Program-made: the position numbers and the translations under genes
The notes under the pieces: generated by a model
Told to the model about the DNA's origin: nothing
Databases searched by the model: none
Seen by the model: the letters and a program-made list of their open reading frames with translations, nothing else
In this document: in pieces, positions 23,856-34,042 of the stretch
Layout: the number at the start of each line of letters is the position of its first letter
How positions within the stretch are numbered: the first letter of the stretch is position 1
Source of the DNA: Coraliomargaritaceae bacterium
GTDB lineage: Bacteria > Verrucomicrobiota > Verrucomicrobiia > Opitutales > Coraliomargaritaceae
Reading direction: 5' to 3'
DNA length: 47,712 bases
Assembly: GCA_965656495.1 (NCBI GenBank)
Contig: CBFHKU010000012.1
Span: 1-47,712 of the forward strand

Positions 23856-23926
23856 GAGCAGGAAAGAAAGAGAAGTTGTGAGATGGAGGGCGGAGAGGCA
23901 AGCGGGAAGGGGTTGACTTGGGCATG

Positions 23927-23953
23927 AAAAAGCCCGCTGCGGGAACAGCGGGC
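23927..23953 (-). terminator. Intrinsic terminator of EF-hand gene
   Basis: On - strand gcccgctg-ttcccg-cagcgggc-ttttt. Confidence 0.75.
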
Positions 23954-23981
23954 CGAGTGCGGTATTCAGAAGCGTTCTAAT

Positions 23982-24347
23982 TTACTTCCCGCAAGATGAA
24001 CATGCAGAGCCGCTTTTTTTACCACCGGGGCTTTTGCGGCCTTCTCCGCCGCTAAAGCGCTCACGGGCGGCGCGGCGTTCCTCTGCGGTGATTTGACCGT
24101 CACCATCGGCGTCGAGGTGGTCAAACATACGTTGGGCGCGATCCGGGTTGCCGCCGTTTTCGGCTTCGTCGCGGGTGATGATGCCATCGCCATTGGCATC
24201 CATTTGCTGCATCTTTGCGATGTGTTGCGCGTGGTTGCCGCCGCCTTTTTTTCCCTTGCGGGAGGAGTCCTCGCTTTGAGCGGTGAGTGCCAGCGGGACG
24301 AGCGTTGCCGCCAATAGGGCGGCGCTGAGTAATTTGGATAACTTCAT
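23982..24347 (-). CDS. Secreted two-EF-hand protein with C-terminal CxxC
   Basis: Signal peptide; DANGDGIITRDE and DADGDGQITAEE loops; ends SACSSCGK. Confidence 0.8.
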   Translation of the reverse strand: MKLSKLLSAALLAATLVPLALTAQSEDSSRKGKKGGGNHAQHIAKMQQMDANGDGIITRDEAENGGNPDRAQRMFDHLDADGDGQITAEERRAARERFSGGEGRKSPGGKKSGSACSSCGK

Positions 24348-24430
24348 AATAACAGTATTGATTGTTTTATACGGCAGGTAAGCCGCTTCAGGTAATAAAT
24401 CGCCAACTGTAGTTTAAAGTTTCACGGAAA

Positions 24431-25198
24431 TCAGGCGAGACCTGCCTCGATGGCATCGTTTTGCATGCGGGTGAGGTCCGCGATTCCGTCGGCGCCGAGG
24501 GCGAGAAGGGTGTCGAGTTGTTCGCGGGAAAAGGTAGCTTCTTCACCGGAGCTTTGGACTTCGACGAATTGCCCGCTGCCGGTCATGACGAGGTTGGCGT
24601 CGACGCTGGCGTCTTTGTCCTCGGGGTAATTGAGGTCGAGGACGGGGGTATCGCGGTAGACTCCAACCGAGACCGCCGCGACGGAATCCTTGAAGGGGTT
24701 CTCGGCGAGTTCTCCGGCGGCGATTTTCTTTTGGACGGCAATTTGGGCGGCGACATAGGCACCGGTGATGGAGGCGGTGCGGGTGCCGCCGTCGGCCTGC
24801 AGGACGTCGCAATCGACCCAGAGTGATTGGGCGGGTAATTTTTTGAGGTCGAGGACGGCGCGGAGGGCGCGCCCGATGAGGCGTTGGATTTCGATGGTGC
24901 GACCATCGACTTTACCTCGGGAGCTATCGCGGGCCTTGCGGTCGAGGGTACTGTAGGGGAGCATGGAATATTCGGCGGTGAGCCAGCCGCCTTCGACGCC
25001 TTGAGCACGCATCCACCCCGGGACACGGTTTTCGATAGAGGCGGCGCAGATCACGCGGGTATCGCCGAAGCTGACGAGGACGGAGCCGGGGGCGTGGGGT
25101 GCGATGCCGGTTTGAAAGGCGATGGGGCGGAGGGCATCGACGCGGCGGCCATCGGGGCGTGAAAAGGGATCGTTGGTTTGAGAAGGATCAGGTTTCAT
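24431..25198 (-). CDS. rph: Ribonuclease PH
   Basis: GWLTAEYSMLP, GRTIEIQRLIGRALRA, DCDVLQADGGTRTASITG, LDLNYPED. Confidence 0.97.
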   Translation of the reverse strand: MKPDPSQTNDPFSRPDGRRVDALRPIAFQTGIAPHAPGSVLVSFGDTRVICAASIENRVPGWMRAQGVEGGWLTAEYSMLPYSTLDRKARDSSRGKVDGRTIEIQRLIGRALRAVLDLKKLPAQSLWVDCDVLQADGGTRTASITGAYVAAQIAVQKKIAAGELAENPFKDSVAAVSVGVYRDTPVLDLNYPEDKDASVDANLVMTGSGQFVEVQSSGEEATFSREQLDTLLALGADGIADLTRMQNDAIEAGLA

Positions 25199-25309
25199 GG
25201 GGAGGGAGTGAAACGAGGGTAGGGGGCGGAAGCAAGCAGGCAGTTGGATTCTTTGGCGATGCCAAGCTTGCACAAGTGGCGAGAATCGCCCAAGGTGCGT
25301 TGTTTTGAG

Positions 25310-26845
25310 ATGAGCAAACGTTTTTATATTACGACCGCGATTGATTACGCCAACGGTTCACCGCACTTGGGTCATGCCTACGAAAAGGTGCTGACCGACA
25401 TTGTGGCACGCTTCCGCCGCCTGCAGGGGGATGAGGTGAAATTCCTAACGGGATTGGATGAACACGGGCAGAAGGTGCAGATGTCAGCGCAGAAGGCCGG
25501 GGTGGAACCGATTGAGATTTGCGACCGTTTGGCGGGCGAGTTTCAGGGTTTGTGCGCGCGCTTGGGGATCTCGAATGACGATTACATCCGGACCACGGAG
25601 GGGCGTCACAAGGCGGTGGTGCAGGACGTACTGCAAAAACTCTACGACAAGGGGGAGATCTACAAGGCGGAGTATGCCGGGTTTTACAGTCCTCGGCAGG
25701 AGCAATTTGTAACGGAAAAGGAAAAGGTAGATGGGGAATGGCCGGAAATTTACGGGGAAGTTGAGGAGGTGGTTGAAACCAATTATTTTTTCAAGCTGGC
25801 GCAGTATCAGGACTGGTTGGTGGAGACAATTCAGGAGAATGAGGCGATGATCTACCCGCGTTTCCGGGCCGCCGATGTATTGCAATTTTTAAAAGAACCG
25901 TTGAACGATTTATGTATTTCGCGCCCGAAGTCGCGCCTCGAATGGGGGATTGAATTACCATTTGACACGGATTTCGTGACCTACGTGTGGTTTGATGCGC
26001 TGACGAATTATATCACGGCGGCGGGTTATGGTACGGAAGCCTTCGCGGAGCACTGGCCGGCGGATTATCATGTGATCGGGAAGGACATTCTGGTGCCGCC
26101 GCACGCGGTGTATTGGCCGATTATGCTGAAGGCGCTGGATTTGGAATTGCCGCGTCATTTTCTGGTACACGGTTGGTGGTTGAGTTCCGGTTCGAAGATG
26201 TCGAAGAGTACCGGGGAGGTGGTGGATCCGCTGACATTGATCGAACAATTTGGAGCGGACGCTTTCCGTTATTTTGTGACTCGTGAGATGAACGTGGGGC
26301 AGGACAGTGAATTCTCGCTGGAATTATTCCTGAGTCGTTACAACAGCGATTTGGCGAATGACCTCGGGAATCTGGTGAGTCGATTGTTGAACATGGGGGG
26401 TCGCTACACGGAAGGGAAGGTACCGACGGTCACGGTCGATGGGGAGCCCGAACAGGTTCTCAAGGCGACATGGGTTGCGACGCAGGCGGAGTTGGTGCCT
26501 TTGTATGAAGGCTTTCAGTTTCACCGTGCGTTGGAACGGATCTTCGGGTTTATCTCGGCGATCAATAAATACGCGGAAACGCGGGCGCCTTGGAAATTGG
26601 CGAAATCGGAGGCAGCGGAGGACCGTGAAAAATTGGAGACTTCGCTGGGGATGATGGCAGAGGCTCTGCGCTTGAGTATGGTTTTATTGACCCCGGTGAT
26701 GCCCGAAATTTCGTCAAAGGTGCGTGCTTTGATCGGTGCGGAGTCTTTCGAGAGCCTGGAGGGTCAACTCGACTGGGGAACCCGTTTGGAGGGTGCGTCT
26801 CTCGGGGAAAAGACGATTCTCTTTCCGCGGCCTGAGCGGACTTAA
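25310..26845 (+). CDS. metG: Methionine--tRNA ligase (short form, no C-terminal tRNA-binding domain)
   Basis: YITTAIDYANGSPHLGH, GLDEHGQK, YVWFDAL, KMSKS, DLANDLGNL. Confidence 0.96.
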   Translation: MSKRFYITTAIDYANGSPHLGHAYEKVLTDIVARFRRLQGDEVKFLTGLDEHGQKVQMSAQKAGVEPIEICDRLAGEFQGLCARLGISNDDYIRTTEGRHKAVVQDVLQKLYDKGEIYKAEYAGFYSPRQEQFVTEKEKVDGEWPEIYGEVEEVVETNYFFKLAQYQDWLVETIQENEAMIYPRFRAADVLQFLKEPLNDLCISRPKSRLEWGIELPFDTDFVTYVWFDALTNYITAAGYGTEAFAEHWPADYHVIGKDILVPPHAVYWPIMLKALDLELPRHFLVHGWWLSSGSKMSKSTGEVVDPLTLIEQFGADAFRYFVTREMNVGQDSEFSLELFLSRYNSDLANDLGNLVSRLLNMGGRYTEGKVPTVTVDGEPEQVLKATWVATQAELVPLYEGFQFHRALERIFGFISAINKYAETRAPWKLAKSEAAEDREKLETSLGMMAEALRLSMVLLTPVMPEISSKVRALIGAESFESLEGQLDWGTRLEGASLGEKTILFPRPERT

Positions 26846-26914
26846 AGGCGGGGGTCAGTTCAGGGGTTGTTTTGTGTTAGACAGCTCCCCGGATTTGGGG
26901 ATATGTTTTAACCA

Positions 26915-27610
26915 ATGAGTCTACGACAGGATTGTATTCACTACTTGTTCGATTTCGGTAAGCGGAAAGTTGACTTTGAGGTCAATACGGAGAAGGCGGA
27001 TTCTGAAAAATTGGCCGAGGATTTGCCGGAGTGGGCGCTTTTGGATTACCGGAAGTGTCTGAATTGCGAGATCAGCCCAGATGCATGTTTGACTTGTGCG
27101 ATGGCATTGCGGGTGCAGAAGGTGATCGAGGCATTTGGGAGCCATGTATCGACCGAATCGGTGCATGTAACGGTACAGACCCCGCAACGCGAATTTTCGC
27201 GGGATTGTGACTTACAGACGGGGATTCACTCTTTGATGGGTCTATTGATGGCGACTTGTGGTTGTTCACATTTGGAGAGTATGCGAAAATTGGTAAATTT
27301 CCATATTCCGTTTTGTTCAACAGAGGAGACCTTGCGGCGGGTCGTCGGTGCCTACCTGACGGAGCAATATTTTGTGATGCAGGACGGAGGTCAGCCTGAC
27401 TGGGGTTTAGAGCGCCTGTCTGTGATTTTTTCGCACTTGGCACAGGTGAATCAAGATTTTGTGCGGCGTTTGCAGGGGACTATGGAAAAAGACGCGGTGA
27501 ATAATGCGATTCTGGGCTTTTTTGCGACGGCATCATTGTTTGCAGCGGACTTGACCGGTCAGATGGAACGCCACCGGGCTTACCTCTTGAACGAAGCGAA
27601 AAACCTTTGA
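26915..27610 (+). CDS. Cys-rich hypothetical protein (resembles DUF6901-type proteins)
   Basis: LPEWALL..CLNC...CLTC, V.VQTPQR, SLMGLLMATCGCSH, FHIPF motifs; follows metG. Confidence 0.6.
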   Translation: MSLRQDCIHYLFDFGKRKVDFEVNTEKADSEKLAEDLPEWALLDYRKCLNCEISPDACLTCAMALRVQKVIEAFGSHVSTESVHVTVQTPQREFSRDCDLQTGIHSLMGLLMATCGCSHLESMRKLVNFHIPFCSTEETLRRVVGAYLTEQYFVMQDGGQPDWGLERLSVIFSHLAQVNQDFVRRLQGTMEKDAVNNAILGFFATASLFAADLTGQMERHRAYLLNEAKNL

Positions 27611-27644
27611 TTTGGGGCGGGCTCGGTTTGCGCTTAGCAGAGTC

Positions 27645-27974
27645 TTACTTGCTTTTTTTACGGTGGCTGCCTTGGGTGCGCAGGCGATTTTTGCGTTGCT
27701 TGAGGTAAAGCGGAATGAGCTGGGATTCGATCCATCCAAAAGCAGCCTGGAGGCCCTCGGACTGGTAGATTTTACCGATGGCGGCTTCGATGGAAGTGGG
27801 TTCACCGAGGGAAGCGAGGAATTGATTGGAAGTCAGTTGGGTGAATGCTTCGGCGCGCTGGGCGGGCGGAATGTCGGTTTGTTGGAGGATCCATTGACGG
27901 GCAAAGAGGGCGAGGACGGCGTCGCCAATCCATGCCTCGGTGCGTTCTTCCTGTTTATTCTTCGGAGTGGGCAT
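27645..27974 (-). CDS. Very short RNase III-domain (Mini-III-like) protein
   Basis: EAWIGDAVL and PTSIEAAIGKIY match the two RNase III signature segments; no dsRBD; 18 nt downstream of polA. Confidence 0.75.
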   Translation of the reverse strand: MPTPKNKQEERTEAWIGDAVLALFARQWILQQTDIPPAQRAEAFTQLTSNQFLASLGEPTSIEAAIGKIYQSEGLQAAFGWIESQLIPLYLKQRKNRLRTQGSHRKKSK

Positions 27975-27992
27975 GTCTTTAAGGAGGCGGGT

Positions 27993-30779
27993 TTAATGTG
28001 CCTCGATCCAGTTGTGCCCGATGCCGATTTCGATTTCGATGGGGCATTCGAGGGGGAGGGCCTGGGTCATATTCTCGGTGACGATTCCCCGGAGGTTTGC
28101 TTCTTCGTCGGGTGCGAGGTCAAAGACGAGTTCGTCGTGGACTTGGAGGAGGAGGCGCGAGTGGAGTTGGGCCTCAGTGAGAGCCTTTTGGACGCGGATC
28201 ATGGCGAGTTTGATCATATCGGCGGCGGTACCTTGAATGGGCATATTGATGGCGTTGCGTTCGGCGGCGGCACGAACAGTGGCGTTACGGGAATCGATAT
28301 CCGGGAGGGCGCGGCGTCGACCGCAACGTGTTTCGACATAGCCCTTATCGCGGGCAAATTCTTTTTGTGCTTCCATGTAGCCGGGGATGCCGGGGAATTG
28401 CGCGAAGTAAGCATCGATGATTTCCTGAGCCTCGGTGCGGCTGGTATTGCCGAGTCGCTGGGAGAGGCCATAGGCGGAGATGCCGTATGGGATGCCGAAG
28501 TTGACCATTTTTGCGGTACTGCGTTGTTCGCGGGTGACGGTATGGGGATCGGTCTGGAAAATTTTAGCGGCGGTGGCGGTGTGGATATCCTGTCCCTCGC
28601 GGAAGGCGGTCAAGAGGCCCTCGTCCTGGGTGAGGGCGGCAAGGATTCGCAGTTCGATTTGTGAATAGTCGGCGGCAAGGAGTTGCCACTCCGGGGAACG
28701 GGGGATGAAGGCTTTGCGGATGGCGCGGCCCCGATCGCTGCGGATGGGGATATTTTGAAGGTTGGGATCGTTGGAGGTGAGGCGCCCGGTGGCGGTTTGG
28801 AGTTGGCCGAAATGGGTATGGATGCGTTGGGAGGCGGGATCGACGGCGAGGGGGAGGGCGTCGATGTAGGTGCTCTTGAGTTTGGTGAGTTGGCGGTATT
28901 CGAGGAGGTCTGAGACGATGGGGTGCTCGGAGGCGAGGGCGGTGAGGACCTGTTCGTTGGTGGCGTATTGCCCGGTCTTGGTTTTTTTGGGTTTTTCGAT
29001 GAGTTTGAGTTCATCGAAGAGGACTTCCCCAAGTTGCTTGGGGGAGTTGAGGTTAAACTCACGACCAGCGGCGGTGTAGAGGCGTTCTTCGAGCGCTGCG
29101 ATGTGGGATTCGAATTCGCTTCCGATTTCCTGAAGGGTTTCGGCATTGAGGGTAATGCCTTCGTTCTCGATGGCGACGAGGACGGGCAGGAGGGGCGTTT
29201 CAATTTCAAAGAAGATTTTATCCTGTCCGGAACGCTGGAGGCGGGGCTTGAAATGTTCCCAAAGCTGGAGGGCAACGTCGGCGTCTTCGATGGCGTATTG
29301 TGCGAGGCGTTGTGGGTCGACATCGGTAAAGTCTACATCTTCTCCTTTTTTGGCATGGGGCAGGAGTTCGCTGAAAGGGATGGTTTGGTATTGGAGGTAA
29401 TCCTCGGCGAGGGTGTCGAGGGCGTGTCGTTGACCGGGGTCGAGAAGGGCGTGGGCGAGCATGGTATCGTAGCAGGCACCGGAAACGGGGCAGTCGTGGA
29501 GCGCAAGGATCGCGAGGTCGTATTTGAGGTTATGACCGATTTTATCGAGGGTGGGGTCGGCAAAGAGGGGTTTGAGAGCGTGGAGTGCTTCGGGGCTGGC
29601 GGGTAGGTAATAGCCGGACTGGGGGGCGATGGAGAAGGAAAGGCCGATGAGCTTGGCGCGGCGGGGGTTGAGGCTGGTTGTTTCGGTATCAAAGGCAAAG
29701 GAACCGTTCTCGCGGAGGGCGGTGAGCATTGCCTGGAGCTCGGCGTCATTTTCGATAGTGCGATAATTTACCTCCAGATCAGCGAGGGTTTTAAAGGTGG
29801 TGGTTCCGAGGAGGTCGAGTTGACCGGCGCTTTGTGTTTGCTTGCTGGGGGCGGGGTCTTCGCCTTGCAGGACTAGGTCTTCAGCGACTTGTTGGTGGAC
29901 GTAGTCGGAGCCAAAGATGCGTTTGCCGAGGGTCCGGAATTCGAATTCGGCGAGGAGGGGAGTAATTTTTGCGGGGTTAGGGGCATGGAGTTGGAGGTTC
30001 TCCCATTCACAGGAGTAGGGGACATCGAGTTGAATGGTGGCGAGTTTTTTGGAGAGGCGGGCCTGATCGGCATTTTCGCGAAGGCGTTCCTGTTGTTTGC
30101 CTTTGAGCTCTTCGGTGTGTTCGAGGAGGTTCTCGACGGTGTCATACTGGGCGAGGAGTTTGGCGGCGGTCTTGGGGCCAATGCCGGGGACGCCGGGGAT
30201 ATTGTCGGCAGTATCGCCGCAAAGCCCGAGCATGTCGATGACTTGATCCACGCGGGCGATGTCCCATTTTTCGCAGATCGCGGCGGGGTCGAGGATTTCG
30301 GGGTCGTCGCCGCCTCTGCCGGGGCGATACATGCGGATGCGATCGGTAACGAGTTGACCGAAGTCCTTGTCTGGGGTGACCATAAAGATTTCATGGAAGC
30401 CATCAGCCTCGGCGCGATGGGCAAGGGTACCGATGATATCGTCGGCCTCATAGCCATCGAGACGAATGGAGGGGATGCCGAAGGCTTCGGCGACGCGGTC
30501 GAGATGGGGTAAGGCGGCTGCGAGTTCCTCGGGCATGGCCTCGCGGTTGGCCTTGTATTCGGGGTGGATACGGTGTCGCTCGGTGGGTGCGGAGGTATCG
30601 AAGACGAGGGCGAGGTGGGTGGGTTTTTGCTTAGAAATAAGCTCAACAAGGGTAGCGGTAAAGCCGTAGATGGCGGAGGTATTAAAGCCTTTGGAAGTAG
30701 TGATGGGGCTGCGCATGAATGCGAAGTGGGCGCGATAGGCGAGGGCCATGCCATCTAAGAGGTAGAGTGATTGCTGCAT
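27993..30779 (-). CDS. polA: DNA polymerase I
   Basis: LLDGMALAYRA, YKANR, YEADDIIGT (5'-exo); FAFDTET (3'-exo); ADYSQIELR, KMVNFGIPYG, LQVHDEL. Confidence 0.98.
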   Translation of the reverse strand: MQQSLYLLDGMALAYRAHFAFMRSPITTSKGFNTSAIYGFTATLVELISKQKPTHLALVFDTSAPTERHRIHPEYKANREAMPEELAAALPHLDRVAEAFGIPSIRLDGYEADDIIGTLAHRAEADGFHEIFMVTPDKDFGQLVTDRIRMYRPGRGGDDPEILDPAAICEKWDIARVDQVIDMLGLCGDTADNIPGVPGIGPKTAAKLLAQYDTVENLLEHTEELKGKQQERLRENADQARLSKKLATIQLDVPYSCEWENLQLHAPNPAKITPLLAEFEFRTLGKRIFGSDYVHQQVAEDLVLQGEDPAPSKQTQSAGQLDLLGTTTFKTLADLEVNYRTIENDAELQAMLTALRENGSFAFDTETTSLNPRRAKLIGLSFSIAPQSGYYLPASPEALHALKPLFADPTLDKIGHNLKYDLAILALHDCPVSGACYDTMLAHALLDPGQRHALDTLAEDYLQYQTIPFSELLPHAKKGEDVDFTDVDPQRLAQYAIEDADVALQLWEHFKPRLQRSGQDKIFFEIETPLLPVLVAIENEGITLNAETLQEIGSEFESHIAALEERLYTAAGREFNLNSPKQLGEVLFDELKLIEKPKKTKTGQYATNEQVLTALASEHPIVSDLLEYRQLTKLKSTYIDALPLAVDPASQRIHTHFGQLQTATGRLTSNDPNLQNIPIRSDRGRAIRKAFIPRSPEWQLLAADYSQIELRILAALTQDEGLLTAFREGQDIHTATAAKIFQTDPHTVTREQRSTAKMVNFGIPYGISAYGLSQRLGNTSRTEAQEIIDAYFAQFPGIPGYMEAQKEFARDKGYVETRCGRRRALPDIDSRNATVRAAAERNAINMPIQGTAADMIKLAMIRVQKALTEAQLHSRLLLQVHDELVFDLAPDEEANLRGIVTENMTQALPLECPIEIEIGIGHNWIEAH

Positions 30780-30837
30780 GATGGTGGAGTGTGTGAAGGG
30801 AAGGGTGGAGGTCGAACCTTGAATCTAATGGAGGCAT

Positions 30838-30868
30838 AAAAAAACCCCGCGCGGTGTGCGAGGGGTTT
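30838..30868 (-). terminator. Intrinsic terminator after small basic protein
   Basis: On - strand aaacccc-t-cgcac-acc-gcgcg-ggg-ttttttt. Confidence 0.65.
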
Positions 30869-30890
30869 GTGGGTGAGTATAAAGTATCGT

Positions 30891-31049
30891 TTATGCCTCA
30901 GGGGTGGTTTTCTTGAGACCGATGACGCGGTCGCCATCTTTCCATTGCCCGCGTTTTTTGAGCAGGTCGACGCGTTCGAAACGTTTGAGCACGGTTCGGT
31001 TCTTTTTGCCACCTCCGCCGGAGGCCTTGAAGCTGTTGTGTTGTGTCAT
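30891..31049 (-). CDS. PVC-superphylum signature small basic protein (52 aa; absent from ORF track)
   Basis: Hand translation MTQHNSFKASGGGGKKNRTVLKRFERVDLLKKRGQWKDGDRVIGLKKTTPEA*; R.VLKRFER...L...G.W......GL.KT pattern of the TIGR04137-type family; followed by a terminator. Confidence 0.88.
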   Translation of the reverse strand: MTQHNSFKASGGGGKKNRTVLKRFERVDLLKKRGQWKDGDRVIGLKKTTPEA

Positions 31050-31160
31050 GGAAGTATCGGTTAAAAGTTAAGCGGTAGAACAAATGGGAAGGCTTGGGCG
31101 GGTGCAAGTTTAAAATAGGGATGGTCGCAGTTTCCGAGATATAGGGGGTGCAGCGCAGAA

Positions 31161-33584
31161 TCAGCGCTTTGGATTCTTTTTGTTGCGCTTGGCGCGGCGT
31201 TCCTTCCGTAGTGCGGAAAGTTCTTTGGGACCGGGTGCCTTGGATGGGCTGGTTTTTTTCTGAGCAGGTGTACGCTTTCGCTTGTCTTCGTTGACAACGC
31301 GGAAGTCGATTTGCCGCTTAAAGCGGTCGACTCGTTCGACCTGCACCCGGATGTGTTGGGCGAGGGTGTAGGTTTTCTTTTTGCGACGACCGATGATTTT
31401 AGAGCCATCTTCGTTGAGGTGATAGAAATCGTCGTCAAGGGTGGAGATATGAACCATGCCAAATGCCATGGTATCGGTTAATTCGATGAAAAGGCCGTGG
31501 TTCTTGATGTCGGTTATGACGGCGGGGAATGCTTGCTTCTGATCTTTATCGAGTTCGCGCTCGTAGAATTCAAGGAGTTTGGTCTTAACGGACTCGCGTT
31601 CGGCATCGACGCTGTTGCGTTCAGTCACGCAGAGGTGCTCACCGAGGGAGTCGAGCTTCGCCTGCGGGTATCGGATGTCGGGTTTTTCAAGGGCGGAATC
31701 GGCGCCGTTTTTGCAGAGGAAGGCATCGAAGACGCGGTGCACGACGAGGTCGGAATAACGTCGAATGGGCGAGGTGAAGTGGGTGTAGTCGCTTTTGGCG
31801 AGGCCGTAGTGGCCGTCTGCTGAAGCGCGATACTGAGCCTGTTTAAGGCTGCGCAGGACATGGGTTTTAAGGGTGTATCCCTGGGGATGCTCTTTCAGGA
31901 TTTGAAGGAGTTTGGACATTTCATTGGCTTTGGAGAGGTTGCCGCAGGAAACGCCAAAGGTGCCCATGGTCTGGCGGAGTTCCTGAAGTTTTTCCTCATC
32001 GGGTTCATCGTGCACGCGATAAAGGCAGGGGAAGCGGTTGCGTTTCATTTTGCGGGCGACCTGTTCGTTCGCAGACAGCATGAATTCCTCAATGAGTTGG
32101 TGACTTTCGTCGTTTTCCTGTTTTTCGATACGGTCGGCATAGCCCTCGGGGTCGACGTAGATTTTGATTTCGTTCATATCGAGGTCGAGGGAACCGTTTT
32201 GGAAACGGCGTTTGCGGAGTTGGTGGGCGATCTCCCAGAGGGCGCGGATATGGCGCTGGAGGGTTTCCATTTCGGAATGGGAGAGGTCGCTGAGGGGGCG
32301 ACCGGTGGAGCCGGTCTGGTGCTTGGGCGGGAGCGGGGTTTTACGGACCGCCTCGAGGTCATCGTTTTGCATGAAGGCGAAGGCCTGTTTGTAGGTGAGG
32401 CGTTTATTGCTGCAAATGACGGTATTGGCGAAATCGATCTGCTCAATTTGTGCTTTTTGGGAAAAGGTTATGAAGACGGATTTGGTGAGACGATCCTGCG
32501 CTTCGACGAGACTACAGAGTCCGTTGGAGAGGGCGTGGGGCAGCATCGGTATAACGGTGCCGACGAGGTAGGTACTGTTGCCGCGTTTTTGGGCTTCTTT
32601 GTCGAGGGGGGTGCCGGGTTTGACGTAGGCGGAGACGTCCGCGATATGGATGCCGATGCGGTGGCGGCCTTCGCCGAGTTCCTCGATGGAGAGGGCGTCG
32701 TCGAAATCCTTGGCATCGTCGGGATCGATGGTGAAGGTAAAGATATCACGGCAATCGCGGCGGCCCTTGCGGTCGGCGGGGCGCACCTGGTCCGGAATGG
32801 TTTCGGTTTGTTTCTGGACCGCGGCAGGGAAGGCGGGGTTGAGATCGTATTTGTGGAGAATGCCCTTGAATTCGGCGTCGGGGGCGTGTGTTTCTCCGAG
32901 GACATCGATGATTTCACCCTCGGGATTGAGGTGTCGTTGTTTCCATTCAACCATCTTGACGACAACCTTATCGCCAACTTTTGGGAGGGGTTTGATTCCG
33001 GAGTTGCGGGGGTCGGGCACGATGAAATCCTGAATGATGCGGGGGTCGTCGGGTATGACGTAGTAGGTGTGGCGTCCTTTTTTGAGGTTGCCGACAATGG
33101 TCTCACGGGCGCGCTTGAGGATGCGGATGACGCGGACGTTGGGTTTTTCATCGGGATCGTATTTGGGTCGGCGCTGGGTCTCGTAGCGGCGGCCACGCCC
33201 GCGCCCACGATAGAATTTTTTGTGATTTTGCTCCTCGATCCGGGCGAGGACATGGTCACCATGCATCGCGACGCCGGTGTCCTCGGCGTTCACGGGATGC
33301 CCAGCGGCGCCTTTTTTACTGGCATCGGCATCGGGGATAAGGAATGCCGAGCCGCTTTGGCGGAAGTGGATGCGCCCGCTGACGAGATTGGCGTCATCGG
33401 TAAGGCAGAGGCGATCTTTTTTGATACGGGCAATTTCGCCGGACTCGAGGAGGCCCTGTAGGATTTTGCGCGCGCGTTTGGTGGAATCCTTGCTGAGCTT
33501 TAGGACCGCAATGATTTCCTCTTGTCGCAGGGGGAGGTAGTCAGGAGACTTCAGGAGGGTGAGTATTTTTTTTCGCAGATCCAT
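31161..33584 (-). CDS. rnr: Ribonuclease R
   Basis: [45 protein letters not shown]1 domain, basic tail. Confidence 0.96.
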   Translation of the reverse strand: MDLRKKILTLLKSPDYLPLRQEEIIAVLKLSKDSTKRARKILQGLLESGEIARIKKDRLCLTDDANLVSGRIHFRQSGSAFLIPDADASKKGAAGHPVNAEDTGVAMHGDHVLARIEEQNHKKFYRGRGRGRRYETQRRPKYDPDEKPNVRVIRILKRARETIVGNLKKGRHTYYVIPDDPRIIQDFIVPDPRNSGIKPLPKVGDKVVVKMVEWKQRHLNPEGEIIDVLGETHAPDAEFKGILHKYDLNPAFPAAVQKQTETIPDQVRPADRKGRRDCRDIFTFTIDPDDAKDFDDALSIEELGEGRHRIGIHIADVSAYVKPGTPLDKEAQKRGNSTYLVGTVIPMLPHALSNGLCSLVEAQDRLTKSVFITFSQKAQIEQIDFANTVICSNKRLTYKQAFAFMQNDDLEAVRKTPLPPKHQTGSTGRPLSDLSHSEMETLQRHIRALWEIAHQLRKRRFQNGSLDLDMNEIKIYVDPEGYADRIEKQENDESHQLIEEFMLSANEQVARKMKRNRFPCLYRVHDEPDEEKLQELRQTMGTFGVSCGNLSKANEMSKLLQILKEHPQGYTLKTHVLRSLKQAQYRASADGHYGLAKSDYTHFTSPIRRYSDLVVHRVFDAFLCKNGADSALEKPDIRYPQAKLDSLGEHLCVTERNSVDAERESVKTKLLEFYERELDKDQKQAFPAVITDIKNHGLFIELTDTMAFGMVHISTLDDDFYHLNEDGSKIIGRRKKKTYTLAQHIRVQVERVDRFKRQIDFRVVNEDKRKRTPAQKKTSPSKAPGPKELSALRKERRAKRNKKNPKR

Positions 33585-33689
33585 GAAAATTGCAGTTTGC
33601 GGTCAATTGGGTGCTTGGCGATGCATAAAACGCGAACAAGGGAGCGCTTTACAAAAAGCGCTGAATGCCACAGAGATGTAAGGGTGGAT

Positions 33690-34025
33690 ATGTTACTCGG
33701 AGTGATCGGTTGTTCAGTGGGTGGAGTGGCGCGTCATATCGTGTCGACGGCGCTTACGGCGTGGCGTGGGGAGCGTTTCCCATGGGGGACTTTGCTGGTG
33801 AACGTGACGGGTAGCGCCTTGCTGGGGTTTAGTTTGGGGGTGGCAATTGAAGACCGGGCGTGGGGCTATATGCTGGTGGGTTTTAGTGGCGGGTTTACGA
33901 CTTTTTCGACCTTTAGTCTGGATAATCTCAACTTGTTGTCGCAGGGCCGCCGCGGGGCTTTGGGATGTTATATTCTCTTAAACCTGAGCTTGGGCGCTTT
34001 GGCTTTTTATGCCTCTGGGGTCTGA
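33690..34025 (+). CDS. crcB: Fluoride channel Fluc/CrcB subunit 1
   Basis: [31 protein letters not shown]; start ATG 33690 or GTG 33684. Confidence 0.88.
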   Translation: MLLGVIGCSVGGVARHIVSTALTAWRGERFPWGTLLVNVTGSALLGFSLGVAIEDRAWGYMLVGFSGGFTTFSTFSLDNLNLLSQGRRGALGCYILLNLSLGALAFYASGV

Positions 34026-34042
34026 ATGAAGGGTCAATACTG

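Noticed and set aside
33615..33675. Possible fluoride riboswitch upstream of crcB (GGCGATG and hairpin agcgcttt-acaa-aaagcgct)
   Set aside because: Lacks the complementary TCGCC P1 strand and the 3' pseudoknot segment of the crcB motif; an Infernal scan would be needed to rescue it.
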